From the NCBI GenBank assembly GCA_016186795.1, contig JACPKY010000001.1:1357-65356 (forward strand): a DNA stretch of 64,000 nucleotides, in the 5' to 3' direction. The notes beneath the pieces were generated by a model. It was not told the DNA's origin. It saw nothing but the letters and a program-made list of their open reading frames with translations, and ran no database searches. Shown piece after piece: positions 18,161-26,649 of the stretch (positions are counted from its first letter, which is position 1; each line of letters begins with the position of its first letter). Made by a program: the position numbers and the translations under genes. The DNA comes from Candidatus Gottesmanbacteria bacterium (lineage in GTDB: Bacteria > Patescibacteriota > Microgenomatia > 2-02-FULL-39-11).

Positions 18161-19717
18161 CTAGTAAATAGCCGTTCCTTCGCAAGACTCTCCAATGACA
18201 GAGCCACCCCAGTCAACAAGAACAAATCCCTTGCGGTCAGTCGCTTGAAGAATTGGTGCAGGAACGGATACTGGTGCATCTAATCCTTCAAAAATAAGGC
18301 GTACGCGAAGTATCGTATCGGGATTTTCTGAAAGGGTGAGTTTCTCTTTTTCCTCAATTTCTGAAAGAGGTACAAACCCGACAAAATAATACGGCTTAGA
18401 CGTAAGTCTCGGAAGCCAATAGTCTAAAAAGTCTGCTCGTTCCTTTTCATTGAGCCCAAGTGATTTCAATATATCTGATAGTTTCGCCTCTCTTTCTTCC
18501 AGTGAGATAATCCACCCCTCTTTCGGTTTATATCCGTCATTGAGGTTTGCTTCATAGTAAAGATATGGGTACGATTGACCATCCGTTTTCAGTCTACCAT
18601 CAGGGAAACTTACGATATTCCATCCACTCCCATACTCAGGTATCGTTGTTGTGAGTTCACCCTTTGGGCTTACTTGGACTTCCAGTGCCGTTTCTTTTTC
18701 TGGATAGAGATAAATTGCGGGCTTACAAACTGGGGTAAAAACTGTCCAACTATCGACTACTCTGAATCGAAGCACTTTCAGCTGAAGTGAGGGATCTCGG
18801 CCTGAAAGAGTTGGAGGCTCCTCAGCTGATACACCATACACCCAGCTTTCTTTTGAATTCTTATCGCGAATATAAAATGCGCCAACATGGAAGTATATTT
18901 CATATATGTACCCTGTCCCATTAATCGTCGTTTCGTATTCACCGAATTTCCCAGCATCACCTTTGAGCGCTGGCTTAGGAATATTCTGCTCACTAATCTT
19001 TACAATGAAGTTTCCGTTTGGTGGAAAGGAATCAGGATCTTCCAATAGAAATTTCTCGTAATTTTCAAAATATGGATTCGTTGCTTCGTCTTTTATCACG
19101 TCCTTAAGAGGTATCGATTGAGGAGGAACGATATTCGTATTCTCCTCCGTAACTGGCACAAGGCCACCTGATTCTACACAGTTGGTAATATAGTCAGGAA
19201 GATTATCGAGGATCGTATCTCGTGCGTATATATCGAATACATAATTTTTGCCATTTTTCCCGCGAAATACTTCCACAAATTGTCGAATATCTTGTTCTTT
19301 ATAATTTGATGGTTCCCAATAAATTACTGTCCCGTCTTCCTTTTCTCCAACTATCCGGATAGCACTTCCAAGTTCGCATCTGCCGTTATACGGTGCTCCT
19401 TCCTTTTCTACTTTAAAGGGAATAAGTTCAACCCCTCGGCGTATTAATGTGTAATCACCGATAAGTCCATTCGGCGGATCGATCGGGGCATTTGTGCCAT
19501 AACACAAGGGGTGTGCGGGATTTACTACCTCGACTCGGTCAAGATCTTCTTTCGTTACAGAGAGCGTCACAGATGACTCCACCTGATAACATGACGCCTG
19601 CCAGAAATCGGAAGAAGAGGAAGGTGTCGGAGTTGCTGTAAGTGATGCGGTGGATGAAGATAATCCCCCAACGAGTGCCAAGAATGGGGCTAAGATTGTA
19701 AGGATAAAACTAAACAT
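18161..19717 (-). CDS. Secreted protein with conserved C-terminal domain shared with CDS 23133..25283
   Basis: Signal peptide and PT-rich segment. The C-terminal ~190 aa (C..PAIYLYPEKET...LGLNEKERADFLDYW...PYYFVGF...RKGFVLVDWGG) align to the C-terminus of the 716-aa protein. Confidence 0.6.
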   Translation of the reverse strand: MFSFILTILAPFLALVGGLSSSTASLTATPTPSSSSDFWQASCYQVESSVTLSVTKEDLDRVEVVNPAHPLCYGTNAPIDPPNGLIGDYTLIRRGVELIPFKVEKEGAPYNGRCELGSAIRIVGEKEDGTVIYWEPSNYKEQDIRQFVEVFRGKNGKNYVFDIYARDTILDNLPDYITNCVESGGLVPVTEENTNIVPPQSIPLKDVIKDEATNPYFENYEKFLLEDPDSFPPNGNFIVKISEQNIPKPALKGDAGKFGEYETTINGTGYIYEIYFHVGAFYIRDKNSKESWVYGVSAEEPPTLSGRDPSLQLKVLRFRVVDSWTVFTPVCKPAIYLYPEKETALEVQVSPKGELTTTIPEYGSGWNIVSFPDGRLKTDGQSYPYLYYEANLNDGYKPKEGWIISLEEREAKLSDILKSLGLNEKERADFLDYWLPRLTSKPYYFVGFVPLSEIEEKEKLTLSENPDTILRVRLIFEGLDAPVSVPAPILQATDRKGFVLVDWGGSVIGESCEGTAIY

Positions 19718-19889
19718 GGCAGTATATACTCATCATAGAATGGAATTTCAATAATAATCAATACCCCAATAACCAATTCCAATACTAACCAATACTACCA
19801 ATTCCCAATTTCCAAAAATACGTTTGGTTATTGGTCATTGGATTTTGGTGTTCATTGGAATTGGATGATTGGAAATTGATCATTAAAAA

Positions 19890-22466
19890 TTATTGTTTTT
19901 TATCCTCCTCAATCGTCATCTCTTCAACCACTTCTCCAGCTTTTTCCTCTTTCTTCTTTTTATCATCAATGGACAAAAGTGTCTCCTCCTCTTGGTCCTC
20001 AGTTGTCCCTTCTTCTTTTTCCTTCTTTTCTTCATCAAACGCTCTTTCGGCTGAAGCTGCCTTGGCTTTTTCTTGTTTTTGTTTCTTCTCATCCAGTGTC
20101 AAAAGCGTTTCCTCCTCTTCAAGAACTTCGCTCTTTCCCTCTTCTTTCGCTTTCTCTTTTAGTGCCAATTCATCAGAAATCTGTTTGGCTGCCTCAAGTT
20201 TTGCTTTCACATAGGCATAGGTTTCAACATCAGAGAACCCTCCCAAGAGAAGGAATGGTAAAATTTCTGCAATCTCGTCAAGCCCTTTTTGTTTCAGTTG
20301 CGGATTTGTACTTCCCAAAAGATGGGAAATGTTGGTAAGTTTTTTGATATCGCTTCCTAACCACTCATCTCTTGTTGATATGTTGGGTGCAAATGGAATT
20401 GGAGCTTCTCGGTAGTGCTTAAGCCACATATTTTTTACCTCCTCATAGTCTTCAAGAGAAACTTGGGTTGGAACGTCTTTTCCACCAATTGAAACTACTT
20501 TGGCAGGTTTGCCAGAAGTTGGCCTACCAAGACTGCTCGTTGCTTTCACAAAGGCAATCACTTCTTCCACCTTATCTTGACTGACCCCAGTTTTTTTCGA
20601 AATAGTCTCCGCAGTTGCTTTCTCTATCCCGAGTGATTGCAGAAGCGTAATAATTTGGGTAATCTGCTCTTCTTTGATTCCAACTTTTTGAGAAAGCGAT
20701 GTGACGGAAACGTTTCTCGCGATAACCGAAACGGATGGAACATTGACAGAAATAACTGGTCGAGTTGGTGCAAATGCTCCTTGCGTCTTTGCTCCAGCAA
20801 CTGATAGTCTTCCTCCCTCCATAACAACCTCGGAGGCAACTGTGGCGGAAGATGATGAAGATGACGTCGAAAGGACCTGTTTCGATTTCTCTGTATTGGT
20901 GGCGGTCAGTAATGTCTGTGCGACACGGTCTCCCGCTTGTGCCCGTGTTTCCAAAGCACTACGAAGCGTTGCGTATTGCTCCCTTTCTCTCGTTGAAGTA
21001 ATACGTTCTGGAGAAGAAAGCTTTTGCAGGGTTTGTTGAATTTGACTCCGTTTTTCCTGATTGAGTTCAAGTCGGGAGATATCGGAAAGCGACGAGACAG
21101 ATGTTTCAAGTGCCCGGGCAATTTCTGCAGTGTTTGTTCGGGAAATCTCTGCGATATTTTGGATATTTGTGTGTGTCACTTCTCTTATTTTTTCCTCGAC
21201 CCGTTGGCGAAACGGCAGTTCAACGGCTATACCGGTAGCTGTTGTGGGAGAAATAGGAAGTGTTGGAGTAGGTGGAGGATATTGCCGCATGCGCTCAAAG
21301 ATACTATTAAGAGTTGCGTTCCCAGCGGAAATTGCACCACAACAGTAATCTCTGAATATTCGAAGAAGGAGCCACGGCAAGATAATTGCAGTCCAGAGCA
21401 TGACAAGAGCGATAATATATTCTGCATACGTATCGACATAATTTGCCGAGTTTCCTGCAGCCAACGTTTGAGCTGGACCACCGTAGAGTATGTTTATTGC
21501 TGTTCGGTAAACTTGTCCGCTCGCGCTACACTCGGGACGGGGCATTCCTGCCCCTTGGCAGTTTGCCCGAGTAAAATCAAACGGAAAGGGAATCCCGGAG
21601 ACCCATACTTTCGTAAGTGTTGCCAAAAAAAGTGCAACCATTGGACCGTAAAATACCCACTGGAAAAATACCCCAATCCATATCCAGCCGACATTTCTGA
21701 TAAACACAAAGGGGATTAATAGTGCAAGAAATGGAGCAATAACGAGCAAAAACCAAAGGATGATTGTACGCAGAATAAGGAGAAGAGACATTATATAGTA
21801 CGTAAATGATGTTATCCGAACAATGAAAAGTGATGTATCCGCCATTTCTCTGTTTAACGGATTAATATCCCTATAGCCTACGAAGGTGGTATAGTTTTCT
21901 TCACTGTTGCCAGCCCCTGCAAAAACAACATTGAAAAGATCCTTCCCGCCAACATTTTCGATGAAAAAGCGCATGGTCACCTCGCTCAATTGAATAGTTC
22001 CCACAACCAAGACATATGAAAACGTCACAAAAAGGAGGATTCCTCCGATTCGATAAAAAAGTGAAGGAAGATTTGCTGTGGAAAAAGGTGATGCAATACC
22101 GCTAAATGTTGAACCAACGGATGCTCGTCTGGAAAGAACAATTCCTACACCAAATGCAACGATAACGAGAACGATAAATACATAAACGATGTTTCGAGAA
22201 ATAGACCAGACTTCAGCAAGAACCGGTGCTGTATGAATACCAGGATGAGTAAATACCCACCAGAGGAGTTGTCGTGCGCGATCGGCATTTTTTCCAACTG
22301 CAGTCACTTCCGAATCAAATGCCCATGTGGCTGAAGTTGTTGCCCCAAGTTGCGTGCCTTCGGCGGAAACGAACGTTGGAAAAACTGTTGCAAAAAGAAA
22401 AAAAATGAGGATAAAAATAGAGAGAATCCTAAGCGGCACTCCCCGCCTTGTGGGCAGAAAAACCAT
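19890..22466 (-). CDS. Large polytopic membrane protein with acidic/lysine-rich tandem-repeat C-terminus (possibly TrbL/VirB6-like; low confidence)
   Basis: Signal peptide, periplasmic segment, at least six hydrophobic helices, then a long low-complexity tail with repeats ETLLTLDEKKQKQEK / ETLLSIDDKKKKEEK. A nucleotide tandem repeat is visible at 19900-20130. Confidence 0.55.
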   Translation of the reverse strand: MVFLPTRRGVPLRILSIFILIFFLFATVFPTFVSAEGTQLGATTSATWAFDSEVTAVGKNADRARQLLWWVFTHPGIHTAPVLAEVWSISRNIVYVFIVLVIVAFGVGIVLSRRASVGSTFSGIASPFSTANLPSLFYRIGGILLFVTFSYVLVVGTIQLSEVTMRFFIENVGGKDLFNVVFAGAGNSEENYTTFVGYRDINPLNREMADTSLFIVRITSFTYYIMSLLLILRTIILWFLLVIAPFLALLIPFVFIRNVGWIWIGVFFQWVFYGPMVALFLATLTKVWVSGIPFPFDFTRANCQGAGMPRPECSASGQVYRTAINILYGGPAQTLAAGNSANYVDTYAEYIIALVMLWTAIILPWLLLRIFRDYCCGAISAGNATLNSIFERMRQYPPPTPTLPISPTTATGIAVELPFRQRVEEKIREVTHTNIQNIAEISRTNTAEIARALETSVSSLSDISRLELNQEKRSQIQQTLQKLSSPERITSTREREQYATLRSALETRAQAGDRVAQTLLTATNTEKSKQVLSTSSSSSSATVASEVVMEGGRLSVAGAKTQGAFAPTRPVISVNVPSVSVIARNVSVTSLSQKVGIKEEQITQIITLLQSLGIEKATAETISKKTGVSQDKVEEVIAFVKATSSLGRPTSGKPAKVVSIGGKDVPTQVSLEDYEEVKNMWLKHYREAPIPFAPNISTRDEWLGSDIKKLTNISHLLGSTNPQLKQKGLDEIAEILPFLLLGGFSDVETYAYVKAKLEAAKQISDELALKEKAKEEGKSEVLEEEETLLTLDEKKQKQEKAKAASAERAFDEEKKEKEEGTTEDQEEETLLSIDDKKKKEEKAGEVVEEMTIEEDKKQ

Positions 22467-22514
22467 GGTGATTTAACAATACCCAAAAGAGGAATGGAAT
22501 GCAATAGAAAAAAC

Positions 22515-23075
22515 TCAACTTGAACTTCTTTTTAGTTGTTCAATAATCTTGTATAACACGATTCCACAGGAAACCATGACATTCAGAGAGGTATTTACTC
22601 CAAACATTGGGAGTTCAACAATTATATCTGCAATATTGAGAACTTCTTTTGATACTCCATACGTCTCATTCCCGATAACAACCGCAACTGGAAATCCTAC
22701 TTTTAATTTTGAAATCGGAATACTATTTTTATGTTGTTCCACCGCTATTACTTTGAGATTTGATCCGCCAGCTGGCGGATGATTTTTGAGCTTGGAAATG
22801 GCATCCATTGTAGTGGAAACATACTCCCACTCTACCCACTTCCACGTATTTATTGAAGCTTTTTTAATCTTTGGATTCGGTGGTATCTCCGTTTCACCAC
22901 AAAGAAAAACTTTCTCAGCTGCCACTGCATCAGCAAGACGAAATATAGCACCGACATTGTACGTATCCAAAACATTATCACAAATGATAAAAATGGGGTT
23001 TCTGTGAATTTTTTTTATTACCTCAGGATCAGGATCTTGTGTTGTTCGTAATTCTGATGCTTTCAATCGTATCAT
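22515..23075 (-). CDS. SpoU/TrmH-family RNA 2'-O-methyltransferase carrying an in-frame palindromic insertion
   Basis: TrmH motifs VVIGNETYGVS and ELPMFGVNTSLNVMVSCGIVLY. The inserted segment is KNHPPAGGS. Confidence 0.8.
   Translation of the reverse strand: MIRLKASELRTTQDPDPEVIKKIHRNPIFIICDNVLDTYNVGAIFRLADAVAAEKVFLCGETEIPPNPKIKKASINTWKWVEWEYVSTTMDAISKLKNHPPAGGSNLKVIAVEQHKNSIPISKLKVGFPVAVVIGNETYGVSKEVLNIADIIVELPMFGVNTSLNVMVSCGIVLYKIIEQLKRSSS
22759..22789. repeat. Palindromic element copy 1 (TTTGATCCGCCAGCTGGCGGATGATTTTTGA), in-frame within the TrmH-family gene
   Basis: Perfect 18-nt palindrome ATCCGCCAGCTGGCGGAT; 29 of 31 nt identical to 30217-30247. Confidence 0.8.
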
Positions 23076-23132
23076 GGTGCGATTATAGCACCACCCTCTT
23101 TACTGTTTACATGAAATTTATGAAGTGGTATC

Positions 23133-25283
23133 ATGACATTGTTACCTATGGCGTCTCCTTTTTCGAAACCTTCACCCTTCCAGTCACCTCTTAGAACTGC
23201 AATCATCATTTTCGGCCTCCTCATTGGTGTTGGAGTCGGAGGGGGAGCAATTGTTACATCACTTAATTCTTCAAATCCCCAAACTTCCCCGTTATCTCAG
23301 TCACCGCTTACACAACTCATACAATCTGGTATCACACCAACCAGACCGGCAAACCCCTACAACGTTCTTTTTGCAAAATCTATGCAAGGGGCAACGGATC
23401 TTATGACAAAAGGGCCGTTTGATAACTCTTCAAAACTTGTTTCATCCTTACCTGACGCGATAAAACATATCAATTTCATTTCTCCATCTGAAATCATTTT
23501 CATCGATGAACTGAATGACAATGAGCATGGGAAGTCCATTAAGAAATATAATAGTGAGGATGGTTCAACGACAACACTTGTTGCCCTTGGACAAAGCACG
23601 TGGGGAATAGATGATGTCGTTTCTTCTCCCGATGGCACATACATCGCCTGGTGGGAAGTACAATTTACGAACCAAAATCAGCTTCTGGGAGGATTTTCCC
23701 GCGTTTTTGTGAAAAAAATTCTCCCTTCTGCTTCTGCCGCGATTCAACTTACCAATGAAGTTGCAACAGAGACTACTCCTCTTCACTATCCTCTCTTTTT
23801 CGACAGGAACAATAGACTCTATCTCGATACGTTTATACCAAATGGCGGAGGATTTTATCTCGGACTTTCGATCGTTGAAAATCCAGGAGCCAATGTTTTC
23901 ACTCCAATTCCAGACATGAAAGACGGGGACTATCTCTCTGATCCAGAACTTTCTCCTGATGGAACGAAAATTCTCTTCACCGCATATGATGGATCAGCTT
24001 CCTTCAAGTACACTTCAATAAGTGGACTTTCCGTCAACCGTACCTCAAATATCAACCCTAATCTCCTTGTGGTGAAAGATCTGACAACTGGTACAAAGCA
24101 GACTCTCCTCGGTTCATCAAATGGAGCACAGTACGTAAACCCGAAATGGTCAAATGATGGAACAATAGTAAGTTTCTTGGGATACCATCTCACTAGCCCC
24201 ACATCATCTCAGTACGACGGTGTATTTACGTTTCGTCTTACGGATGCATCGCCTCAGAAGGTAAATGGCATTACCTCATCACGGGTAAGACTTCTGTCAC
24301 TTACTCATACCGAACTCATTTGGGGAAAACCAACATCTGAGGTTGGAAGTTTAGGCCCAAAGTACGCTCCAATTCTTAGCCAAATCAATACAACAGATAT
24401 CATTTCAAACCAAACAACATCAATTCTTGCTGAACCTCTTATTCAGTATGTCAATATTTCTCCCGGAAACATATCGGGGAAAGAGGTAGCACAAAGTAAT
24501 AATTCAATACAATTTTCCTCCTTTAAACCAAAAATAGTTGCACAAAAAAGACAAGATCAGCAGAATGATCCACAAACTACTCCCAGTGTCACTCCAACTG
24601 GAGGGCCCACCGTAACTCCCGGGCCAACTTCAACTCCCGGACCATCACCTACTCCATGGACCAAACCGAAGTGCCGCGATTACTGTCAAATTCCAGAGCC
24701 AACCCCCCTCCCCCCTTCCTGCGTTGACTTCTCAAAATGTTATGATTCTCCGCTTTACCTCTATCCACAAACAGAAACGAACGTGAAGATACAAGTCTCT
24801 GGCGCAACACTTTTTTCTGACATTCCTGAAATGGAAAACAATTCATGGAACGTCAAAGCATACCCTGATGGAAAAATTAGAAGTCGCGGGGGCGAGTATT
24901 CATCAATTAACTATAGTTACATTGGAGATCCTCAACCCCCACCTCCATATGGCACTGTCGTTGATAAGAAAGATCTAGCAATTACTCTTAAGCGGTTTGC
25001 AGAGAAACTTGGTCTCAATGAGAAGGAGACAAACGATTTTGTTTCGTTTTGGACAAATACTCTTCCCACCACGCCATATTATCTTGTAAGTTTCTACCCA
25101 AAAGAGACTGCGCAAAAAATCATCCAGTATAGCATACGTCCTGAACCAAACTCATTTTTGCAAATTATCATGTACTTTAAACCACTTGAGTACAAAGTGA
25201 AACTTCCTCCTCCAACCTTTCCCAAATTTGAACGCAAAGGGTTTGTTGCCGTTGATTGGAGCGGTGTAGTTGATGATAAATAA
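23133..25283 (+). CDS. Secreted TolB-like (PD40 beta-propeller repeat) protein with PT-linker and conserved C-terminal domain
   Basis: PD40-like repeats (SPDGTYIAWWEV, SPDGTKILFTAYDGS, WSNDGTIVSF). A PT-rich linker precedes a C-terminal domain homologous to that of CDS 18161..19717. Confidence 0.65.
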   Translation: MTLLPMASPFSKPSPFQSPLRTAIIIFGLLIGVGVGGGAIVTSLNSSNPQTSPLSQSPLTQLIQSGITPTRPANPYNVLFAKSMQGATDLMTKGPFDNSSKLVSSLPDAIKHINFISPSEIIFIDELNDNEHGKSIKKYNSEDGSTTTLVALGQSTWGIDDVVSSPDGTYIAWWEVQFTNQNQLLGGFSRVFVKKILPSASAAIQLTNEVATETTPLHYPLFFDRNNRLYLDTFIPNGGGFYLGLSIVENPGANVFTPIPDMKDGDYLSDPELSPDGTKILFTAYDGSASFKYTSISGLSVNRTSNINPNLLVVKDLTTGTKQTLLGSSNGAQYVNPKWSNDGTIVSFLGYHLTSPTSSQYDGVFTFRLTDASPQKVNGITSSRVRLLSLTHTELIWGKPTSEVGSLGPKYAPILSQINTTDIISNQTTSILAEPLIQYVNISPGNISGKEVAQSNNSIQFSSFKPKIVAQKRQDQQNDPQTTPSVTPTGGPTVTPGPTSTPGPSPTPWTKPKCRDYCQIPEPTPLPPSCVDFSKCYDSPLYLYPQTETNVKIQVSGATLFSDIPEMENNSWNVKAYPDGKIRSRGGEYSSINYSYIGDPQPPPPYGTVVDKKDLAITLKRFAEKLGLNEKETNDFVSFWTNTLPTTPYYLVSFYPKETAQKIIQYSIRPEPNSFLQIIMYFKPLEYKVKLPPPTFPKFERKGFVAVDWSGVVDDK

Positions 25284-25763
25284 TGACAGCCACCCAACCG
25301 CTAATCCAAGTAATACTCCTCCAATAACATCTGATGGATAATGTTCACCCAGGTATATTCTTGAAAAAGCAATAAGAAAAGCAATTGTATAGTACAGATA
25401 GGAATATTTCTTATGCTTTTGCGAAAGTATATACGCTCCTGCGAAAGCAAGTGTTGCATGTGTTGAGGGAAATGAATAAGTCTGAAGGAAAGATGCTTCA
25501 GGGCGTAATCTTTGAAAAAGATTTTTTAATAAAAATTCTCCTCCCGTAATACTTCCAAAAAAGGCAACAATTAGTGCATCAAAAATCTTTTTATCCTCAA
25601 TCTCTTCAAACAGAAGTAGTATTCCTGCAATAACTACCCAAATAACTCCCCATGTTCCAACCCCTGATAAAAAGCGGAAGAAAAGTGTAAAGGGCGGGTT
25701 TATGAAATTGCCTTGGATAAAATTTATTATTCCGTAATCAAGTGCGAAGATGAACTCTCCCAT
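25152..25763 (-). CDS. PAP2-family membrane phosphatase (phosphatidic acid / undecaprenyl-PP phosphatase-like)
   Basis: The three PAP2 motifs KNLFQRLRP, PSTHA and SRIYLGEHYPSD are present, and the protein is multi-TM. Confidence 0.75.
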   Translation of the reverse strand: MGEFIFALDYGIINFIQGNFINPPFTLFFRFLSGVGTWGVIWVVIAGILLLFEEIEDKKIFDALIVAFFGSITGGEFLLKNLFQRLRPEASFLQTYSFPSTHATLAFAGAYILSQKHKKYSYLYYTIAFLIAFSRIYLGEHYPSDVIGGVLLGLAVGWLSLFIINYTAPINGNKPFAFKFGKGWRRKFHFVLKWFKVHDNLQK

Positions 25764-25797
25764 TACTTTTATTATAGAAGGTGATAGTAGTTATGTG

Positions 25798-26166
25798 TCA
25801 AACAGTGGGCGTTGCCTTAACCGTTGGAGTTGGAGAATTTGTGGCAGATGTCGTTGGCGCTGCCGTTACTGAAATAGGAGGAGATGTTGGTTTTTTCGTG
25901 GGAACTGCCGTTGGTCGCGCCTTTGGAGCTGCCGAGGGTGTTGATGTCGGCGTTGTTGGCGGAGGTGTTGGAGTGTAGTAAATGACGGTAACTACTGGTT
26001 CTTTGGGAACTGGAGAGATAATTTGTTTACTACCCCGTAGGAAAAAATAGAGTCCTCCTCCTAATAGCGCAATTATTAGAAGGATAATAAGGATAGGAAG
26101 GAAAGATCGTGTTGTTCGTGAACGCACAGGTTGGAAGGTATCACTCATACCTTTATTATATACCAC
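25798..26166 (-). CDS. Membrane-anchored Pro/Thr-rich protein
   Basis: 122-aa ORF with an N-terminal TM helix followed by a TPTPPPTTPTST low-complexity region. Confidence 0.4.
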   Translation of the reverse strand: MVYNKGMSDTFQPVRSRTTRSFLPILIILLIIALLGGGLYFFLRGSKQIISPVPKEPVVTVIYYTPTPPPTTPTSTPSAAPKARPTAVPTKKPTSPPISVTAAPTTSATNSPTPTVKATPTV

Positions 26167-26184
26167 TGGAGTGTAATGCCAAAA

Positions 26185-26649
26185 TTAGCGGTACTCGATA
26201 TCAAGTGCATCAATTTGTTTTTGGGTAAGTCCCTGGGATCGTATCCAAGAAACGGCATCGACCTGAAAGGACTGCGCATTCCCAGTACGTGTTACGATGA
26301 AAGCAAAATGTTCAACTGGTTCGGTTTTGAATGTCCTTGTTATTGAAAATGTTAAACCTGTATAGGGAGTTTTATTGGCAAGATAAATATCTGGCGTATA
26401 TGTTCGCATATAGAGTTCGTCTGTCTTTTCTGCCCCTTGTGGCTGTGTATCAGGCAAAAGTGTTGGCGATGATTTTATCTGTGGAGTATATGAAACAAAT
26501 GGGGGCGGTGTAGGTGTTGCAGGTAAAGTTTCTTTTTCTTTTTTTGAAGACCCAAAAAGTGATGAAACAATAATGATTATAAAAAGTATTACTGCGATAC
26601 CAAAAAGAAAAATAACTTTTCGTATATTCATGATGACTTTTGCAACCAT
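26185..26649 (-). CDS. Membrane-anchored hypothetical protein
   Basis: 154-aa ORF with an N-terminal TM helix. Confidence 0.4.
   Translation of the reverse strand: MVAKVIMNIRKVIFLFGIAVILFIIIIVSSLFGSSKKEKETLPATPTPPPFVSYTPQIKSSPTLLPDTQPQGAEKTDELYMRTYTPDIYLANKTPYTGLTFSITRTFKTEPVEHFAFIVTRTGNAQSFQVDAVSWIRSQGLTQKQIDALDIEYR

Noticed and set aside
19761-19886. CCAAT/ATTGG tract as a long intrinsic terminator hairpin
   Set aside because: When the two arms are written out, only ~5 bp at the centre pair cleanly. It is reported as a repeat tract, not a terminator.
19831-20338. Plus-strand ORFs 19831..20214 and 19979..20338
   Set aside because: They are antisense to the repetitive acidic C-terminal region of gene 19890..22466, and the low-complexity Ser/Phe-rich translation is typical of repeat shadow ORFs.
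23950-24700. CRISPR-like or tandem-repeat appearance of Pro/Thr-coding stretches (for example 24560-24700, 59180-59300, 61180-61400, 62280-62460, 63360-63540)
   Set aside because: These are in-frame ACnCCn codon repeats encoding PT-linkers inside long ORFs. There are no unique spacers and no cas genes, so this is not a CRISPR array.
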